From an uncultured delta proteobacterium (lineage in GTDB: Bacteria > Desulfobacterota > DSM-4660 > Desulfatiglandales > HGW-15): a DNA stretch of 64,000 nucleotides. The position numbers were made by a program, and so were the translations under genes. The stretch is taken from positions 64,007 to 128,006 of the forward strand of contig CAVPOU010000013.1 of NCBI GenBank assembly GCA_963707125.1. Direction: 5' to 3'. Below the pieces are notes generated by a model. That model did not search any database and was not told the DNA's origin. It saw only the letters and a list, made by a program, of their open reading frames with translations. Of this stretch, positions 37,287 through 48,502 are shown piece by piece. Position 1 is the first letter of the stretch; each line of letters starts with the position of its first letter.

Positions 37287-37378
37287 GTAGGCACAAAGCT
37301 GCAAAGGCACAGAGGCACAAAGGGGTACAAAATGACTTTTCTGCTTTGTGACTTTGTCCCTCTGTCCCTTTGTCCCTG
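37287..37378. repeat. REP-E palindrome built from degenerate 9-mers (ggcacaaag / ctttgtgcc)
   Basis: The left arm reads aggcacaaag..aaaggcacagaggcacaaag and the right arm reads ctttgtgactttgtccctctgtccctttgtccc. A larger copy is at 51911-52086. Confidence 0.7.
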
Positions 37379-37399
37379 AGGAAGCAGTTTATTCTCTGG

Positions 37400-38521
<1,122 letters not shown>

Positions 38522-38642
38522 TCATAAAACTGCTTCGCAGGAGGAGCTTGACACAGTGGAAGAGCTCAGGCACCATATTATCACCCCTTCGAGCATGTTT
38601 TTCCAGCCAGGGGAGAGTTTTCTTCCATCATGATGGGGTAGG

Positions 38643-39482
38643 ATGCCAGGCGTAAACATACAGGGTATGACAGGAACAAGGAAACGCGCTGAGTGCCCGA
38701 GCCAGGTGAAAAGGGGGCATACCCTCAAGGGCTGGATAGGCCTTTGCGGTGTGGTCCTGCTCCTTCTCGGCGGGGGGTGTGCCGGTAAACCACCGGTCCC
38801 TCCAAAACCGCCTCCTGCTCTACCCGGTAAAGAAGTGCCCCGCATGGGATACTCGATTCAGGTTGGGGCCTTCACGAATGCGGACAACGCGATTCGTCTC
38901 GCAGAGTCCCTGGAAAAGCAAGGCTTGACGGCTTACTATTTCCATCACAAGTCCGGCCTCTTCAAGGTTCGTTTTGGTGATTATCCCACCCGGGAGGCTG
39001 CTCGTGTCAAGGCGGAGGCTCTGGTTCAAGCCGGAGTTTTCAGCGAGTACTACATCGTGACCCCTGAAGACTATTCGCTGGCCAGGGTGAGGCTCTACGG
39101 GGAAGCCACGGTGAGGAACGAGATTGTGGAAACGGCTGAAGGTTTTATCGGTCTTCCGTACCAGTGGGGCGGTTCTTCGACTGAGGAAGGTTTTGACTGC
39201 AGCGGACTCACCATGGCCGTCTTTCAGTTGAACGGCCTCAACTTACCCCGTTCTTCAAGGGACCAGTATACCATCGGGGCTCCGGTTGAAAGGACTGAGC
39301 TTGCAAAGGGAGATCTGGTCTTTTTTGCCACAAAAGGTCTGGGAAAGATCTCCCACGTGGGGGTGTATGCCGGTGATGACCGGTTTATTCATGCTCCTGG
39401 AAAAGGCAAAACCATAAGGGTGGATTCTCTTTCAGACAGGTACTACTATGGCCGATATGTAGGCGCGAGAAAATATCTCTAG
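38643..39482 (+). CDS. SPOR-domain / NlpC-P60 (C40) peptidoglycan hydrolase lipoprotein
   Basis: Lipobox LLLGGGCAG. The SPOR-like region is YSIQVGAFTNADNAIRL. The NlpC/P60 part reads YQWGGSS.EGFDCSGL...HVGVY. Confidence 0.75.
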   Translation: MPGVNIQGMTGTRKRAECPSQVKRGHTLKGWIGLCGVVLLLLGGGCAGKPPVPPKPPPALPGKEVPRMGYSIQVGAFTNADNAIRLAESLEKQGLTAYYFHHKSGLFKVRFGDYPTREAARVKAEALVQAGVFSEYYIVTPEDYSLARVRLYGEATVRNEIVETAEGFIGLPYQWGGSSTEEGFDCSGLTMAVFQLNGLNLPRSSRDQYTIGAPVERTELAKGDLVFFATKGLGKISHVGVYAGDDRFIHAPGKGKTIRVDSLSDRYYYGRYVGARKYL

Positions 39483-39608
39483 CAGGTTGCTGAAAACCGC
39501 CCATCTACGGCGTTGACCTCACCCCTCGTCATTGCGACGTACTGGACTGTACGTCTCACTCCTCGGGGTTTCGGCCGCCTTGTATCTGAGCGCTTTTGAG
39601 CAACCTGC
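39482..39608. repeat. REP-D MITE-like element with terminal inverted repeats gcaggttgctgaaaa / ttttgagcaacctgc
   Basis: A second copy is at 50831-50950. The shared core is cgtcattgcgacgtact....gtacgtctcactcctcgg. Confidence 0.8.
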
Positions 39609-39659
39609 GGGCAGGGTTTTTTTATGCTAAGAGCAATGAGTTAAGAAGGAGATCCGAGC

Positions 39660-39986
39660 ATGCATCATTTCACACAGCTGTATGAGTTTGCGGCTTCAGT
39701 CGGTGCCCTGGAGGGGTTCGTCTATAAGAGGCCTGATGTGGAAGCGGGCACGATAGAGAAGTGGGTTGAGAACCAAGAAAAAGCCTATCAACTGCTTCCG
39801 GAAGAAGTTCTGAAAGAAATTCAACCGGCTCTGGATGGCACTCTGGGAAGGGCGGTGAAGTCGGTCAGCAGGGCTCTTGGAGAGGAACATGTTCTGGTTC
39901 AGAAATTGAAGGCCATGGTGAAGGGACCCATGCCGTACTCGCCGGACGATTTCCAGAAAAAGAAATGGTTTCAGAAGCAGGGTTAG
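39660..39986 (+). CDS. hypothetical protein
   Basis: AAGGAGA RBS, 108 aa. Confidence 0.4.
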   Translation: MHHFTQLYEFAASVGALEGFVYKRPDVEAGTIEKWVENQEKAYQLLPEEVLKEIQPALDGTLGRAVKSVSRALGEEHVLVQKLKAMVKGPMPYSPDDFQKKKWFQKQG

Positions 39987-40047
39987 GGGTTGAAGGAACT
40001 TCATGCTGTTTCTGAAAAATAGTACCGGGGAAATCGGGGACGGCGGC

Positions 40048-40716
40048 ATGGCGTTGGAGGGGCTCATTTTTGACCTGGACGGGACGCTCATCGATTCCGT
40101 TGGGGTTTATTACGTCATGATGGAGTCGGTATTTGAAAGGCTTCATTGGCCCCGGGTGTCCAGAGAGGTGATGCGGAACGCCATAAAAGACGGTGGGTTC
40201 GACTGGGGCTTGGTTCTCCCGTCCGGAACTGGGCGTTCCGACGAGGATCTGATTGCCTCAGCAAGAGTAGTCATCAGAGAGATGTATCCTCGTGTATTCG
40301 AAGAAGAGGTGGATGTGGTGCCCGGAGCAGAGCACCTTCTGAAAAGACTTCATGAGCGCAACGTGAAACTGGGCCTGGTGACGTCCACCCTTGGGAGGTT
40401 CATCGAGTTCAAACTCATTCCATTGAAAAAGCGCGGGCTCCACGACCTGTTTCACTCGGTCATCACCCTTGACGATGTAAAAAACAGAAAGCCCTCCGGA
40501 GACCCTCTACTGGAGTGCGCGAGGAGGCTCGGGGTCAGCCCTGGGAAATGCGCCTACGTGGGAGACGCGGCAGGAGACATCGTGGCCGGAAAGGCGGCCG
40601 GCATGAGGACCATCGCCGTTTTGACCGGGGTAGATGACTACGAGGCGCTTAAAGGAGAGGATCCCGACATGATCCTTGATAGTGTCTCTCAGTTGCAGGA
40701 ACAACTGAACCTATGA
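40048..40716 (+). CDS. HAD-superfamily phosphatase (phosphoglycolate phosphatase-like)
   Basis: LIFDLDGTLIDS, LVTST and YVGDAAGDIVAGKAAGM are present. Confidence 0.75.
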   Translation: MALEGLIFDLDGTLIDSVGVYYVMMESVFERLHWPRVSREVMRNAIKDGGFDWGLVLPSGTGRSDEDLIASARVVIREMYPRVFEEEVDVVPGAEHLLKRLHERNVKLGLVTSTLGRFIEFKLIPLKKRGLHDLFHSVITLDDVKNRKPSGDPLLECARRLGVSPGKCAYVGDAAGDIVAGKAAGMRTIAVLTGVDDYEALKGEDPDMILDSVSQLQEQLNL

Positions 40717-40717
40717 A

Positions 40718-40915
40718 ATGGTGAGCCAGGTATTCCGGGCCTGCGTTGAGCCCGACACGGATGATTTCACGTCCAGCGGGGTATGGGGGAAGAATGATCC
40801 CCGGGAGGCCGACCCTGAAGAGGCAAAGGCGCGATTTGAAGAGAAGGTGAATTTCCTGGTGGAATTCATCAGGGTCTGGAAGACCATTCCAATCCCTCCT
40901 GCGTTCGAAGAGTAG
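40718..40915 (+). CDS. small hypothetical protein
   Basis: A 65 aa ORF starting 2 nt after the HAD gene's stop. Confidence 0.3.
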   Translation: MVSQVFRACVEPDTDDFTSSGVWGKNDPREADPEEAKARFEEKVNFLVEFIRVWKTIPIPPAFEE

Positions 40916-40936
40916 GATGGGCAAGTCGGTGATCTC

Positions 40937-41422
40937 ATGAAGAAGCCACTCACAGAAATCGTCATCCCCAAAGAAGAGGCGGTATTCTTCCTGGACAAAC
41001 ACGGCTTCTGGCGCCACAAGGAGCAAGGGAAATTCGAACACAGGAAGATCATCGATTACTTCCATTCCAGCATTCGAAAAGACGAAAAAGGCTATCACCT
41101 CAGACAAAAGCTGGGGAATTGCATCGAAAAAGTTTATTTCTATCACGAAGACGCGGCATTGTTTGTCTTCGACGTGATCAAGGGAGAAGAGATTTTCCTG
41201 GTGCTGAATACACAGAAACGGGTCAAGCTCAGACCAAGAAGCCTTTTTGTGAACGATGACAGTTTGTACATGAACTCCGCAGAACACCGGATCAAGTTCA
41301 CGGACCACAGCCTCATTCGGATTTCGGACCTCCTGGATTTCGAGGGCGATGACTATTTCATCACCGTGAAGGGGAGGCGGTACAAGATAGGGCAACTGAA
41401 AAAGGAAACCCCTTTGATATGA
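40937..41422 (+). CDS. DUF1285-like hypothetical protein
   Basis: ..LDKHGFWRHKEQGKFEHRKIIDYFHSSI.. recalls the DUF1285 layout. The assignment is tentative. Confidence 0.4.
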   Translation: MKKPLTEIVIPKEEAVFFLDKHGFWRHKEQGKFEHRKIIDYFHSSIRKDEKGYHLRQKLGNCIEKVYFYHEDAALFVFDVIKGEEIFLVLNTQKRVKLRPRSLFVNDDSLYMNSAEHRIKFTDHSLIRISDLLDFEGDDYFITVKGRRYKIGQLKKETPLI

Positions 41423-41431
41423 AATTTGATG

Positions 41432-41562
41432 GGTTCGTAAAAAGCCCCAAGGTCGTCACTCCCGCGGAGGCGGGAGTCCAGAAGAGTTTGCTAGGACTGG
41501 ATTCCCGCCTTCGCGGGAATGACAGAAAAGGGCATTTTCTGACTTCTTGCGAAACCAGCAAC
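41432..41562. repeat. REP-F element (cccgcggaggcgggagtcc ... ggattcccgccttcgcggg)
   Basis: The inverted arms are seen directly. The element translates to the recurrent AGVQ..LDSRLRGNDR pseudo-peptide and inflates the track ORF that starts at 41419. Confidence 0.65.
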
Positions 41563-41589
41563 TTTCACCTCCCAAACACGTCGCTGAAG

Positions 41590-43317
41590 ATGATGAACAG
41601 ATTTCTGCTGCTCTGCACCTGTGTAATGCTTCTTCTTGCCTCGGGGTGCGCCGGCAGTGCCCCCCTGATGAGTCCGGTCTTGAAAAGATCTGATCCTGTC
41701 TCGGATATCATCAAAGACTACCAAAGCCTGACCATCACGAAACCGGAACCGGTGAATTCCCGTGTTCGATTGGTGGCGGGAGATGCCTTCACGCTGCTGC
41801 CCAGGGAAACCCGCACCAAAGAAATCCTGAGGTACAAAATAGGGGATGAACCCGCGGTGGCCGGAGGGAAGTATCACAACATCGCTGCGTCCTCGGGATA
41901 TCTTTACTTGAGTGTCGAGCCCTCTCAGGAAGTGAAGTCCTTGAAACCCATGGACGTGGAAATCCTCGTGTGGAAGAGAGCCGACTGGCTCCAGATCGCT
42001 GCTTTTTTCGAGGCGATGAAAAAAGACCATCCGAACAGTCCCTCAGTGGCTGTAGCCTATCATGAGGCGAACCTGCGGTATGAAGCTGACGCGGCCTCCA
42101 GAAAGACCTCGGAACGCATAGAGGAGGCCAGGAAGCAGTGGGAGGAGGAGAAAGAGAAGACCGCGGTGCTTTCAAAACAACTGGAGGACAAGGAGAAAAG
42201 AGAAAGAGCCCTGATGGGAAGACTCGCCGAGGGAGCGAAGGTCCCTCCCGTGATCCTGGTGGTTTCACCTAGAGACGGGTGGGAAACCGAAGCGAACGTC
42301 TTGGTGCTCTCGGGGGTGATCCAGGATGACCAGGGGCTGGAGGCTCTGGAGATATCGGTCAATGACGAAAAGCTCAAGACCTACTGGACTGGGATGGATC
42401 CCTCCTCAGGTCAGGAGACGGCAAAACGTCTGGAATTCCAGGAAAGGATCCCTCTTCGAAAGGGAGAGAATCAAATCAAAATAAATGCTGTGGATGTGGA
42501 AGGGTTTTTTGCTGAAAAAATAATCACCGTGCGAGGTGTCGAGAAAAAGAGGAATGTTTGGGCCGTGGTCATTGGCGTCAACAGCTATCCCCATGTGAGG
42601 CGGTTGAAGTACGCGGTGAACGATGCCATGGCCTTTTGCAATCACCTGGTAGAGTACAACCAGGTCCCGAAAGAGAATGTGATCCTGCTCCTTGATGAGG
42701 AGGCCAATCTGACACGCCTCAGAAGTGCCCTCGGCGTCTATTTGAAGAATAAGGCTTCTAAGGATGATATGGTCATTGTTTATTTTGCAGGGCACGGAGC
42801 GACGGAGAGGGAGGCGACCAGCCCTGATGGCGACGGATTGGAGAAGTATCTGCTGCCTTACGACGTTGATCCCAAGGAACTCTACGCTACGGCCATGCCC
42901 ATGGAAGAGATCTCCCGCCTCTTCAGCCGAATCCGATCGGATCGGCTGGTTTTCATTGTCGATACGTGCTACAGCGGGGCGAGCGGGGGCAGAACCATCA
43001 GTGTGGCAGACCTCAGGGCGGGCATCTCCGACGGGTTTTTGGATCGAATCACGGGCGGCAAAGGAAAGATCATTCTGACGGCAAGCGGCGCGAACGAAGT
43101 CAGCGCCGAGAGCGATGAACTGCAACATGGCATCTTCACCCACTTTTTCATCAAGGGACTTCAGGGACAGGCCGATTCGGACGGCGACGGATTGATCACC
43201 GTGGACGAGATTTACACCTATGTCTCCAAACAGGTCCCTCAGGCTACAAACCAGGAACAGCATCCGGTCAAGAAGGGGATCGTCGAAGGCCCCCTGGTGC
43301 TGAGCATTGTACGATGA
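41590..43317 (+). CDS. caspase-family (peptidase C14) lipoprotein with coiled-coil and Ig-like N-terminal regions
   Basis: Lipobox LLLASGCAG. The caspase His/Cys dyad context is VIVYFAGHGA and FIVDTCYSGASGG. Confidence 0.75.
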   Translation: MMNRFLLLCTCVMLLLASGCAGSAPLMSPVLKRSDPVSDIIKDYQSLTITKPEPVNSRVRLVAGDAFTLLPRETRTKEILRYKIGDEPAVAGGKYHNIAASSGYLYLSVEPSQEVKSLKPMDVEILVWKRADWLQIAAFFEAMKKDHPNSPSVAVAYHEANLRYEADAASRKTSERIEEARKQWEEEKEKTAVLSKQLEDKEKRERALMGRLAEGAKVPPVILVVSPRDGWETEANVLVLSGVIQDDQGLEALEISVNDEKLKTYWTGMDPSSGQETAKRLEFQERIPLRKGENQIKINAVDVEGFFAEKIITVRGVEKKRNVWAVVIGVNSYPHVRRLKYAVNDAMAFCNHLVEYNQVPKENVILLLDEEANLTRLRSALGVYLKNKASKDDMVIVYFAGHGATEREATSPDGDGLEKYLLPYDVDPKELYATAMPMEEISRLFSRIRSDRLVFIVDTCYSGASGGRTISVADLRAGISDGFLDRITGGKGKIILTASGANEVSAESDELQHGIFTHFFIKGLQGQADSDGDGLITVDEIYTYVSKQVPQATNQEQHPVKKGIVEGPLVLSIVR

Positions 43318-44309
43318 AGATCCTGAAAATAATGCTGGGACTGATCACGGTTCTGATTGTGGTCGTTTGCGGTTTTATTTGGGGATATGCCCCCCTCAGA
43401 GACGAGCGACTCAATGTCAAGAACGCCAGGTTCATGGCGGATTTTCGCGTTAAGGCGGAGGAGATCGACTCCAAGTTCAACCACCAGGATTCTGTCGTCA
43501 ATGGGATCAAGTGGCACTATGTCGATCAAGGGCCGAAAGACGGGACGGTCATCCTGTTCTTACATGGTCTACCGGAGGGATGGTATTCGTGGCGCTACGT
43601 GCTTCCGTTGATCGACCCCAAATACCGCGTGATCGCACCGGACATGAAAGGCTACGGCCGTTCAGACAAATCGGACAGCGACTACAATTGGCATACGGTG
43701 GCGAGACAGACGGTGGAGTTCGTGAACAGCCTGGGCATAGATAAATTCTATGTCGTCGGGCACGACTGGGGCAGCCTTGTAGGAAGCGTTCTCGTGAACG
43801 ACCATCCCCGTCGAATTCTCGGGTATGTCCGGATGCAGGCGGACCTGCTTCGGCCGGGGACCGTCACGAACTGGATCAAGAAGCCCCAGTTTCTCCTATT
43901 CCAGTCCAATTGGCTGGCCACCTATATGATGCGGGACGCGGAATGGTTTATCGATCGCGTGTACCCGCCTCGTATGAAAAAGCCCTTCGACCCTGTGGAC
44001 AGAGAGTACTTCATCAATGAATTCTCCCGTCCGGGCGTTGCCGAACAGGTGCCCAAGTATTTCAAGATAGGCAACTGGGATCTGGAGGCGGCGCTCGACA
44101 GGATCTGCAGAGGCAAATTCTCCTTCCCCATCATGATCCTTCAAGCCGACAGTGATCCGGCTCAGCCGGTTTCCATTTTCAAGGACGTGCCGCATGAATG
44201 CCCCAACGTTGAGCTCAGGTGGATAAAGAATGCCAGTCACTTCTCAAATCTGGATCAACCGGAAGAGGTGGCTCGGGCTATCAATGAGTTTGTCAACCGA
44301 GACAAATGA
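43314..44309 (+). CDS. alpha/beta hydrolase (epoxide hydrolase / haloalkane dehalogenase-like) with N-terminal TM anchor
   Basis: ILFLHGLPEGWYSWRY, DMKGYGRSD and the nucleophile elbow VVGHDWGS are present. Its start overlaps the caspase gene's stop. Confidence 0.8.
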   Translation: MKILKIMLGLITVLIVVVCGFIWGYAPLRDERLNVKNARFMADFRVKAEEIDSKFNHQDSVVNGIKWHYVDQGPKDGTVILFLHGLPEGWYSWRYVLPLIDPKYRVIAPDMKGYGRSDKSDSDYNWHTVARQTVEFVNSLGIDKFYVVGHDWGSLVGSVLVNDHPRRILGYVRMQADLLRPGTVTNWIKKPQFLLFQSNWLATYMMRDAEWFIDRVYPPRMKKPFDPVDREYFINEFSRPGVAEQVPKYFKIGNWDLEAALDRICRGKFSFPIMILQADSDPAQPVSIFKDVPHECPNVELRWIKNASHFSNLDQPEEVARAINEFVNRDK

Positions 44310-44319
44310 ATGCCTTGCT

Positions 44320-44907
44320 TCAGCGAAGAACGGAGGGTAAGGGCTTTGAGGTTCCCGTGATCAACCGGACGGCCTGCATCGGCAGGTAGACCATGCCCGT
44401 CTTAGGCGCATAGACCACGATGCCTTCAAGAGGGATCTCTCTAGAATCCATCCTGAGAATGTTCTTGTTCACCGGCAGTTCGGCCCACTTTCCCCGGTAC
44501 TCGATCTTGACCACGGGGTTGTTTGGATCCACCTTCTTTACGGTGACAATGGCCCCAGGAATCGCTTTCTCCGGGTCCACGAAGAGGCGGTCGTTTAATC
44601 TGGCCAGGTTCAGCCCTAGAGCTCTGGCGCACACCGTCGCGATATCCGGACCATCCAGCAGCCCCTGCGGTTTGTCCGGGCCGTAGGCACAAGCTGCGGA
44701 CGCTGAATCGCAAAGGACCGAGTCCACGGAATAAGTTTTCACCGCGCCGACCTGAATGGCATCAAGGGCTAGGGGGCTTCCTTTGAACCAACGGGCAAAA
44801 GTGTACTGTTCGCTGGAGCAGCCGTCCACGATGAGCACGATCACGCTCTTCGCTTTCCCGGCTGCCAGAGCCTCCGGCCCGGCCAGAAGCAAGAAGAGGA
44901 TCGCCAT
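44320..44907 (-). CDS. secreted protein with a degenerate alkaline-phosphatase-like N-terminus and a stalk-like C-terminus (possibly a decayed gene)
   Basis: SVIVLIVDGCS and CDSASAACAY resemble the first AP motifs, but most of the AP core is missing. Confidence 0.35.
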   Translation of the reverse strand: MAILFLLLAGPEALAAGKAKSVIVLIVDGCSSEQYTFARWFKGSPLALDAIQVGAVKTYSVDSVLCDSASAACAYGPDKPQGLLDGPDIATVCARALGLNLARLNDRLFVDPEKAIPGAIVTVKKVDPNNPVVKIEYRGKWAELPVNKNILRMDSREIPLEGIVVYAPKTGMVYLPMQAVRLITGTSKPLPSVLR

Positions 44908-45139
44908 GATATTTAGAAGGCAGTAGTGAAAAATTTTTTCCTCATCTCTCTTTTCTCCTCTTGGTATGAAAGACTGAAGTGCTACAAAAAGCAAGAGGTT
45001 TCCTGAACCGCCCCTTTACAGGGCCAGGGGTAGAGGGGGGTATTTCAGGCAGGACGGAGGATGGGGGAGGGGCTCGCCCTGAAAATTTCGCCCATGGCGG
45101 ACCCCGCAAAGCGGGGATTTAACCGGGCAAGGTCAGCTC

Positions 45140-45517
45140 GTGGGCTATCCGATTCTCGATCTGAGTTCAAGAGGCGGGGATCTGAAGCGATATGTCCGCG
45201 ATCTGGAAGAGGTGTTGATTCGGACCCTGGAGGATTTTTCCATAAAGGCCGGTCGGGATCCTGAGCATGTGGGCGTCTGGGTCGGTCAAAAGAAAATCGC
45301 TTCCATCGGCTTGAGCATACGCGAATGGGTAACCATGCACGGCTTTGCTCTCAATGTTTCCCCTAACCTGGAACACTTCTCGCTTATCCATCCTTGCGGC
45401 TTCAAAAACAGGAAAACCACTTCCATGCAGGAGGTCCTGGGGTTCCAACCTTCCATGGAAGAAGTGACCGAAAGGCTTCTGTGCCACTTCTCTGAGGTCT
45501 TTGACCTGGAACCCTGA
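45140..45517 (+). pseudogene. lipB: 5'-truncated lipoyl(octanoyl) transferase
   Basis: GQLVGYPILDL...KIASIGLSI...HGFALNV...IHPCG covers only the C-terminal ~60 percent of LipB. The frame is closed by a TGA at 45080, and no N-terminal part appears in any frame. Confidence 0.65.
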
Positions 45518-45527
45518 CCCGATGCCA

Positions 45528-47015
45528 TTAGGATTCCTTGACGCGGTTCAATTTGCAGATTTTGCGGAAATGATGGCCGTAAATCGCAAAGGTAACCGTC
45601 AGAGAAAACAAACGGGGCCGGTGAAAAAAAGTCCACAACAAGAGCTTCCAGTATTGGAATCGCTCTCTGCCGAGAATACCAAGGCGGATGATTGAACGGA
45701 AGAATCCCACCAGACGGTGAAAATCCATGGGGGTTCTAATCTCCGGCGTTTTGTACTCTCGAAGAAAGGTCATGGCTCGCTTGTAGTAAGGTTTGGGCGA
45801 GTAGATGTGCTGCATGATGCTTCTGTATCCGTCGCGCAGCGCAGCATTGCCCATCTTGGAAAGGATGTTGGTTGTGCCGTCCACGTTGTCTCCGGAGAGG
45901 AGGCCGATCAAGCGGCCCTCCCTTCTCATGCGGTCATAGAGTCTGGTGCCGGGAGGAGCGTTCAGCAGGCCAACCATGGCCGTCACGATTCCGCTTTTTT
46001 GGATAAACTCGATCTGCCGCTGAAAGATGGAAGGGGTGTCGCTGTCGAACCCTATAATGAAGCCTCCTTGCACTTGCAGCCCGGCCCGCTGCATGAGCTT
46101 CACACTCTCGATCAGGTCCCGGTTCTTGTTCTGCTGCTTGTTGCACTCAGCGAGGCTTTCTTCATTGGGCGTTTCAATGCCTATGAAGACCGAGTCAAAA
46201 CCGGCCTTGGCCATCATCTCCATGAGCGGCTGGTCGTCGGCCAGATTGACCGATGCCTCTGTGTTGAAGGGAATTCCTTTCTTGCCTTCTTGCCACTGAA
46301 TCAGGGCGGGCAGAAGATGGGCCTTGAGATAGGCTTTGTTCCCGATGAAGTTGTCATCCACGAAAAACACAGGACTGCGCCAGCCCAGATTGTAAAGCCC
46401 GTCCAGTTCCACAATAATCTGTTCAGCGGTTTTGGTGCGCGACCGATGCCCGAACAGTGCCGTCACGTTGCAGAAATCACAGTTGAACGGGCAACCGCGG
46501 GAGAACTGGAGGCTCATGGAGGCATAGTGTTTTAAGTCCATCAGCTCCCACATAGGAGCAGGTGTTTTTTGAATATCGCAAAAATCGGATGTCTCGTAGA
46601 GGTGCTTAGCGCAGCCCTTCTCCAGATCCTCCAGAAATGGAGGAAGGGTCAGTTCGGCTTCATTCAGCACAAAATGGTCCACCTCTCCAAACTGATCGTG
46701 CTCGCTGGTGAAGAGCGGCCCTCCTGCAATGATTTTTAGACCGGCGCTTTTGCACCGGGCAATGATTTCACGCGCCGATTCTCTTTGCACGACCATCGCG
46801 CTGATGAAGGCGCAATCCGCCCAGGCCAGGTCTTTTTCCGTGAGCTTTGCCACATTCAAGTCCACTAACTTCTTCGGCCATGCTTTGGGGAGCATCGACC
46901 CGATGGTCAGCAGCCCCAGCGGCGGGAAGGCCGCTTTCTTGTGAATGAATTTCAGCGCGTGCTTAAAGCTCCAGAAGGTATCCGGATATTGAGGATAAAT
47001 CAGCAGGGTTCGCAT
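45528..47015 (-). CDS. B12-binding-domain radical SAM protein (class B, DUF4070-type C-terminus)
   Basis: The N-terminal cobalamin-binding-like fold begins MRTLLIYPQ... The radical SAM motif is RGCPFNCDFCNV. Confidence 0.85.
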   Translation of the reverse strand: MRTLLIYPQYPDTFWSFKHALKFIHKKAAFPPLGLLTIGSMLPKAWPKKLVDLNVAKLTEKDLAWADCAFISAMVVQRESAREIIARCKSAGLKIIAGGPLFTSEHDQFGEVDHFVLNEAELTLPPFLEDLEKGCAKHLYETSDFCDIQKTPAPMWELMDLKHYASMSLQFSRGCPFNCDFCNVTALFGHRSRTKTAEQIIVELDGLYNLGWRSPVFFVDDNFIGNKAYLKAHLLPALIQWQEGKKGIPFNTEASVNLADDQPLMEMMAKAGFDSVFIGIETPNEESLAECNKQQNKNRDLIESVKLMQRAGLQVQGGFIIGFDSDTPSIFQRQIEFIQKSGIVTAMVGLLNAPPGTRLYDRMRREGRLIGLLSGDNVDGTTNILSKMGNAALRDGYRSIMQHIYSPKPYYKRAMTFLREYKTPEIRTPMDFHRLVGFFRSIIRLGILGRERFQYWKLLLWTFFHRPRLFSLTVTFAIYGHHFRKICKLNRVKES

Positions 47016-47216
47016 CGACTTCCTTTCCTCTAATCCTCTCAAGTGTTGCAAATGTCCTTTTGATTTTTTTATCAAAGTTGGAGGATGGTGATCATCGAGC
47101 AGGAATTGGATGACCGAGTTCAGATTCTTTTCTTTTTATCGGGAACCAGAAGGGATGCAATGGTTGAAGAGTGGCATGACCTTTATGCAACGCCGACCGT
47201 TCCAAAATTCTAATTA

Positions 47217-47247
47217 GGGCACCCCACCTTAATTCGGCAGGGTGCCC
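47217..47247 (-). terminator. hairpin terminator downstream of the cold-shock gene
   Basis: The arms gggcaccc / gggtgccc form an 8 bp stem, followed by a T-rich stretch on the minus strand. Confidence 0.5.
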
Positions 47248-47267
47248 TTTACAGTTAAGAGCCGTTA

Positions 47268-47468
47268 TTAAACTGCGGTGACATTCGCCGCGGCCGGGCC
47301 TTTTTTCCCTTGCTCTATGTCGAAGGTAACTTTATCGCCTTCTCTGAGAGACTTGAAGCCGTTTCCCTTGATCGCGGAATGATGAACAAATACATCAGGA
47401 CCGCCCTCTTGGGCAATGAAGCCGAAGCCCTTCTGGTCATTGAACCACTTAACAGTTCCATTAGCCAT
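47268..47468 (-). CDS. cspA: cold-shock protein (CspA family)
   Basis: [15 protein letters not shown] (RNP1) and VFVHHSAI (RNP2); 66 aa. Confidence 0.9.
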   Translation of the reverse strand: MANGTVKWFNDQKGFGFIAQEGGPDVFVHHSAIKGNGFKSLREGDKVTFDIEQGKKGPAAANVTAV

Positions 47469-47963
47469 AGTGACAACCTCCTTTCAAAAAGATTCTAATA
47501 GTTTCAAACTTCAGGGTGCCACTTTTGACAAATGGATTTTCCCTCAGAAGGAAACCGGCCAGCGTACAAAGCCAAGCCTTCTTAGTTATGTCAGACATTT
47601 TAAGCTTCTTTTAATCAAAGTCAAGTTATTTGAAATTTAGCTCTGCAATTCAGACACTACAGGGCATGGGGCGAGCCATAAACAGTGGGTCCTGGCTGTT
47701 TATTGGGGGTTGAAGGGGTGTAGAACGTCAAAGGGTGAAGCGAGTAGTCCTTGACGAGAGGGCACGGCGAACCGCCTCAGGGGAGGTTGAACATGGCGAG
47801 ACTGGGAAAAGGGTGGTTCCATTTTTTGAAGAAGGGATTTTAGGGGGGTCAGCCTCGTTGGTCAACGAGGGAAAGGCCGGGGCGAACTTGACACCAGGGT
47901 TGCCGCGTTCTATAGTTCGCTTCCGAAAAAAGAACTTTAATCCTCTGACAGAAGGAAAGCGTT

Positions 47964-48413
47964 ATGGACCAGAAACAGGCAAAACCAAAGAGATCGGGAC
48001 TTCCTCTCATCAAGAGCAAGAAAGATGTTCTTGCGGTGGTAAGCGTCTTCCTGGGAATCATGGCGACCTCTGTGCTATTAGGGTTAGCTGCTGCGGCAGA
48101 GCCTCAGTCATCCCTTTCTGCAGATGCGGTCATCACCGCGAGTTCTCCCGTAGCGATTGTTTTTATGATCAGTGTATTGGCCCTGAAGGTTACGGCTTTC
48201 GTTCTCGGTTACCTCATCGTGCGCCTAGGGCATGACACCCTCATCAGGGGTGTGACAGGAGAGATAGATTTCGGCTTCTCGGGTAGCGGATTCAAAACAA
48301 AGCTAAAGGCAGCCAGCCCCGGGGCCCTATTTGTGCTCATGGGAGCGGCCATTATCATCTGGGGCCTGGCCATGCAAAAACCGTTTGAAGTCAAAGCCGG
48401 TCCCCCCCGCTGA
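47964..48413 (+). CDS. small integral membrane protein, unknown function
   Basis: Three predicted hydrophobic helices. Confidence 0.4.
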   Translation: MDQKQAKPKRSGLPLIKSKKDVLAVVSVFLGIMATSVLLGLAAAAEPQSSLSADAVITASSPVAIVFMISVLALKVTAFVLGYLIVRLGHDTLIRGVTGEIDFGFSGSGFKTKLKAASPGALFVLMGAAIIIWGLAMQKPFEVKAGPPR

Positions 48414-48502
48414 ATGAACCGCTGTGCAAGCAGCGCCCAAGGGTGACGAGACCCTTCACAGGGCAAAGGTTCCAGACTAAGAAGGAAGGAGAAAACGCGA
48501 GT

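Noticed and set aside
45717-46535. A 272 aa plus-strand ORF antisense to the B12-radical SAM gene. Similar antisense ORFs occur at 40649-41395, 42406-43263, 5838-6839 and 18585-19331.
   Set aside because: All are antisense shadows of well-supported genes and show no recognisable domains.
47735-48235. A 166 aa ORF overlapping the start of the 47964-48413 membrane-protein gene.
   Set aside because: The translation is Arg/Gly/Cys-rich with no motifs. The overlapping frame encodes clean TM helices, so it is judged spurious.
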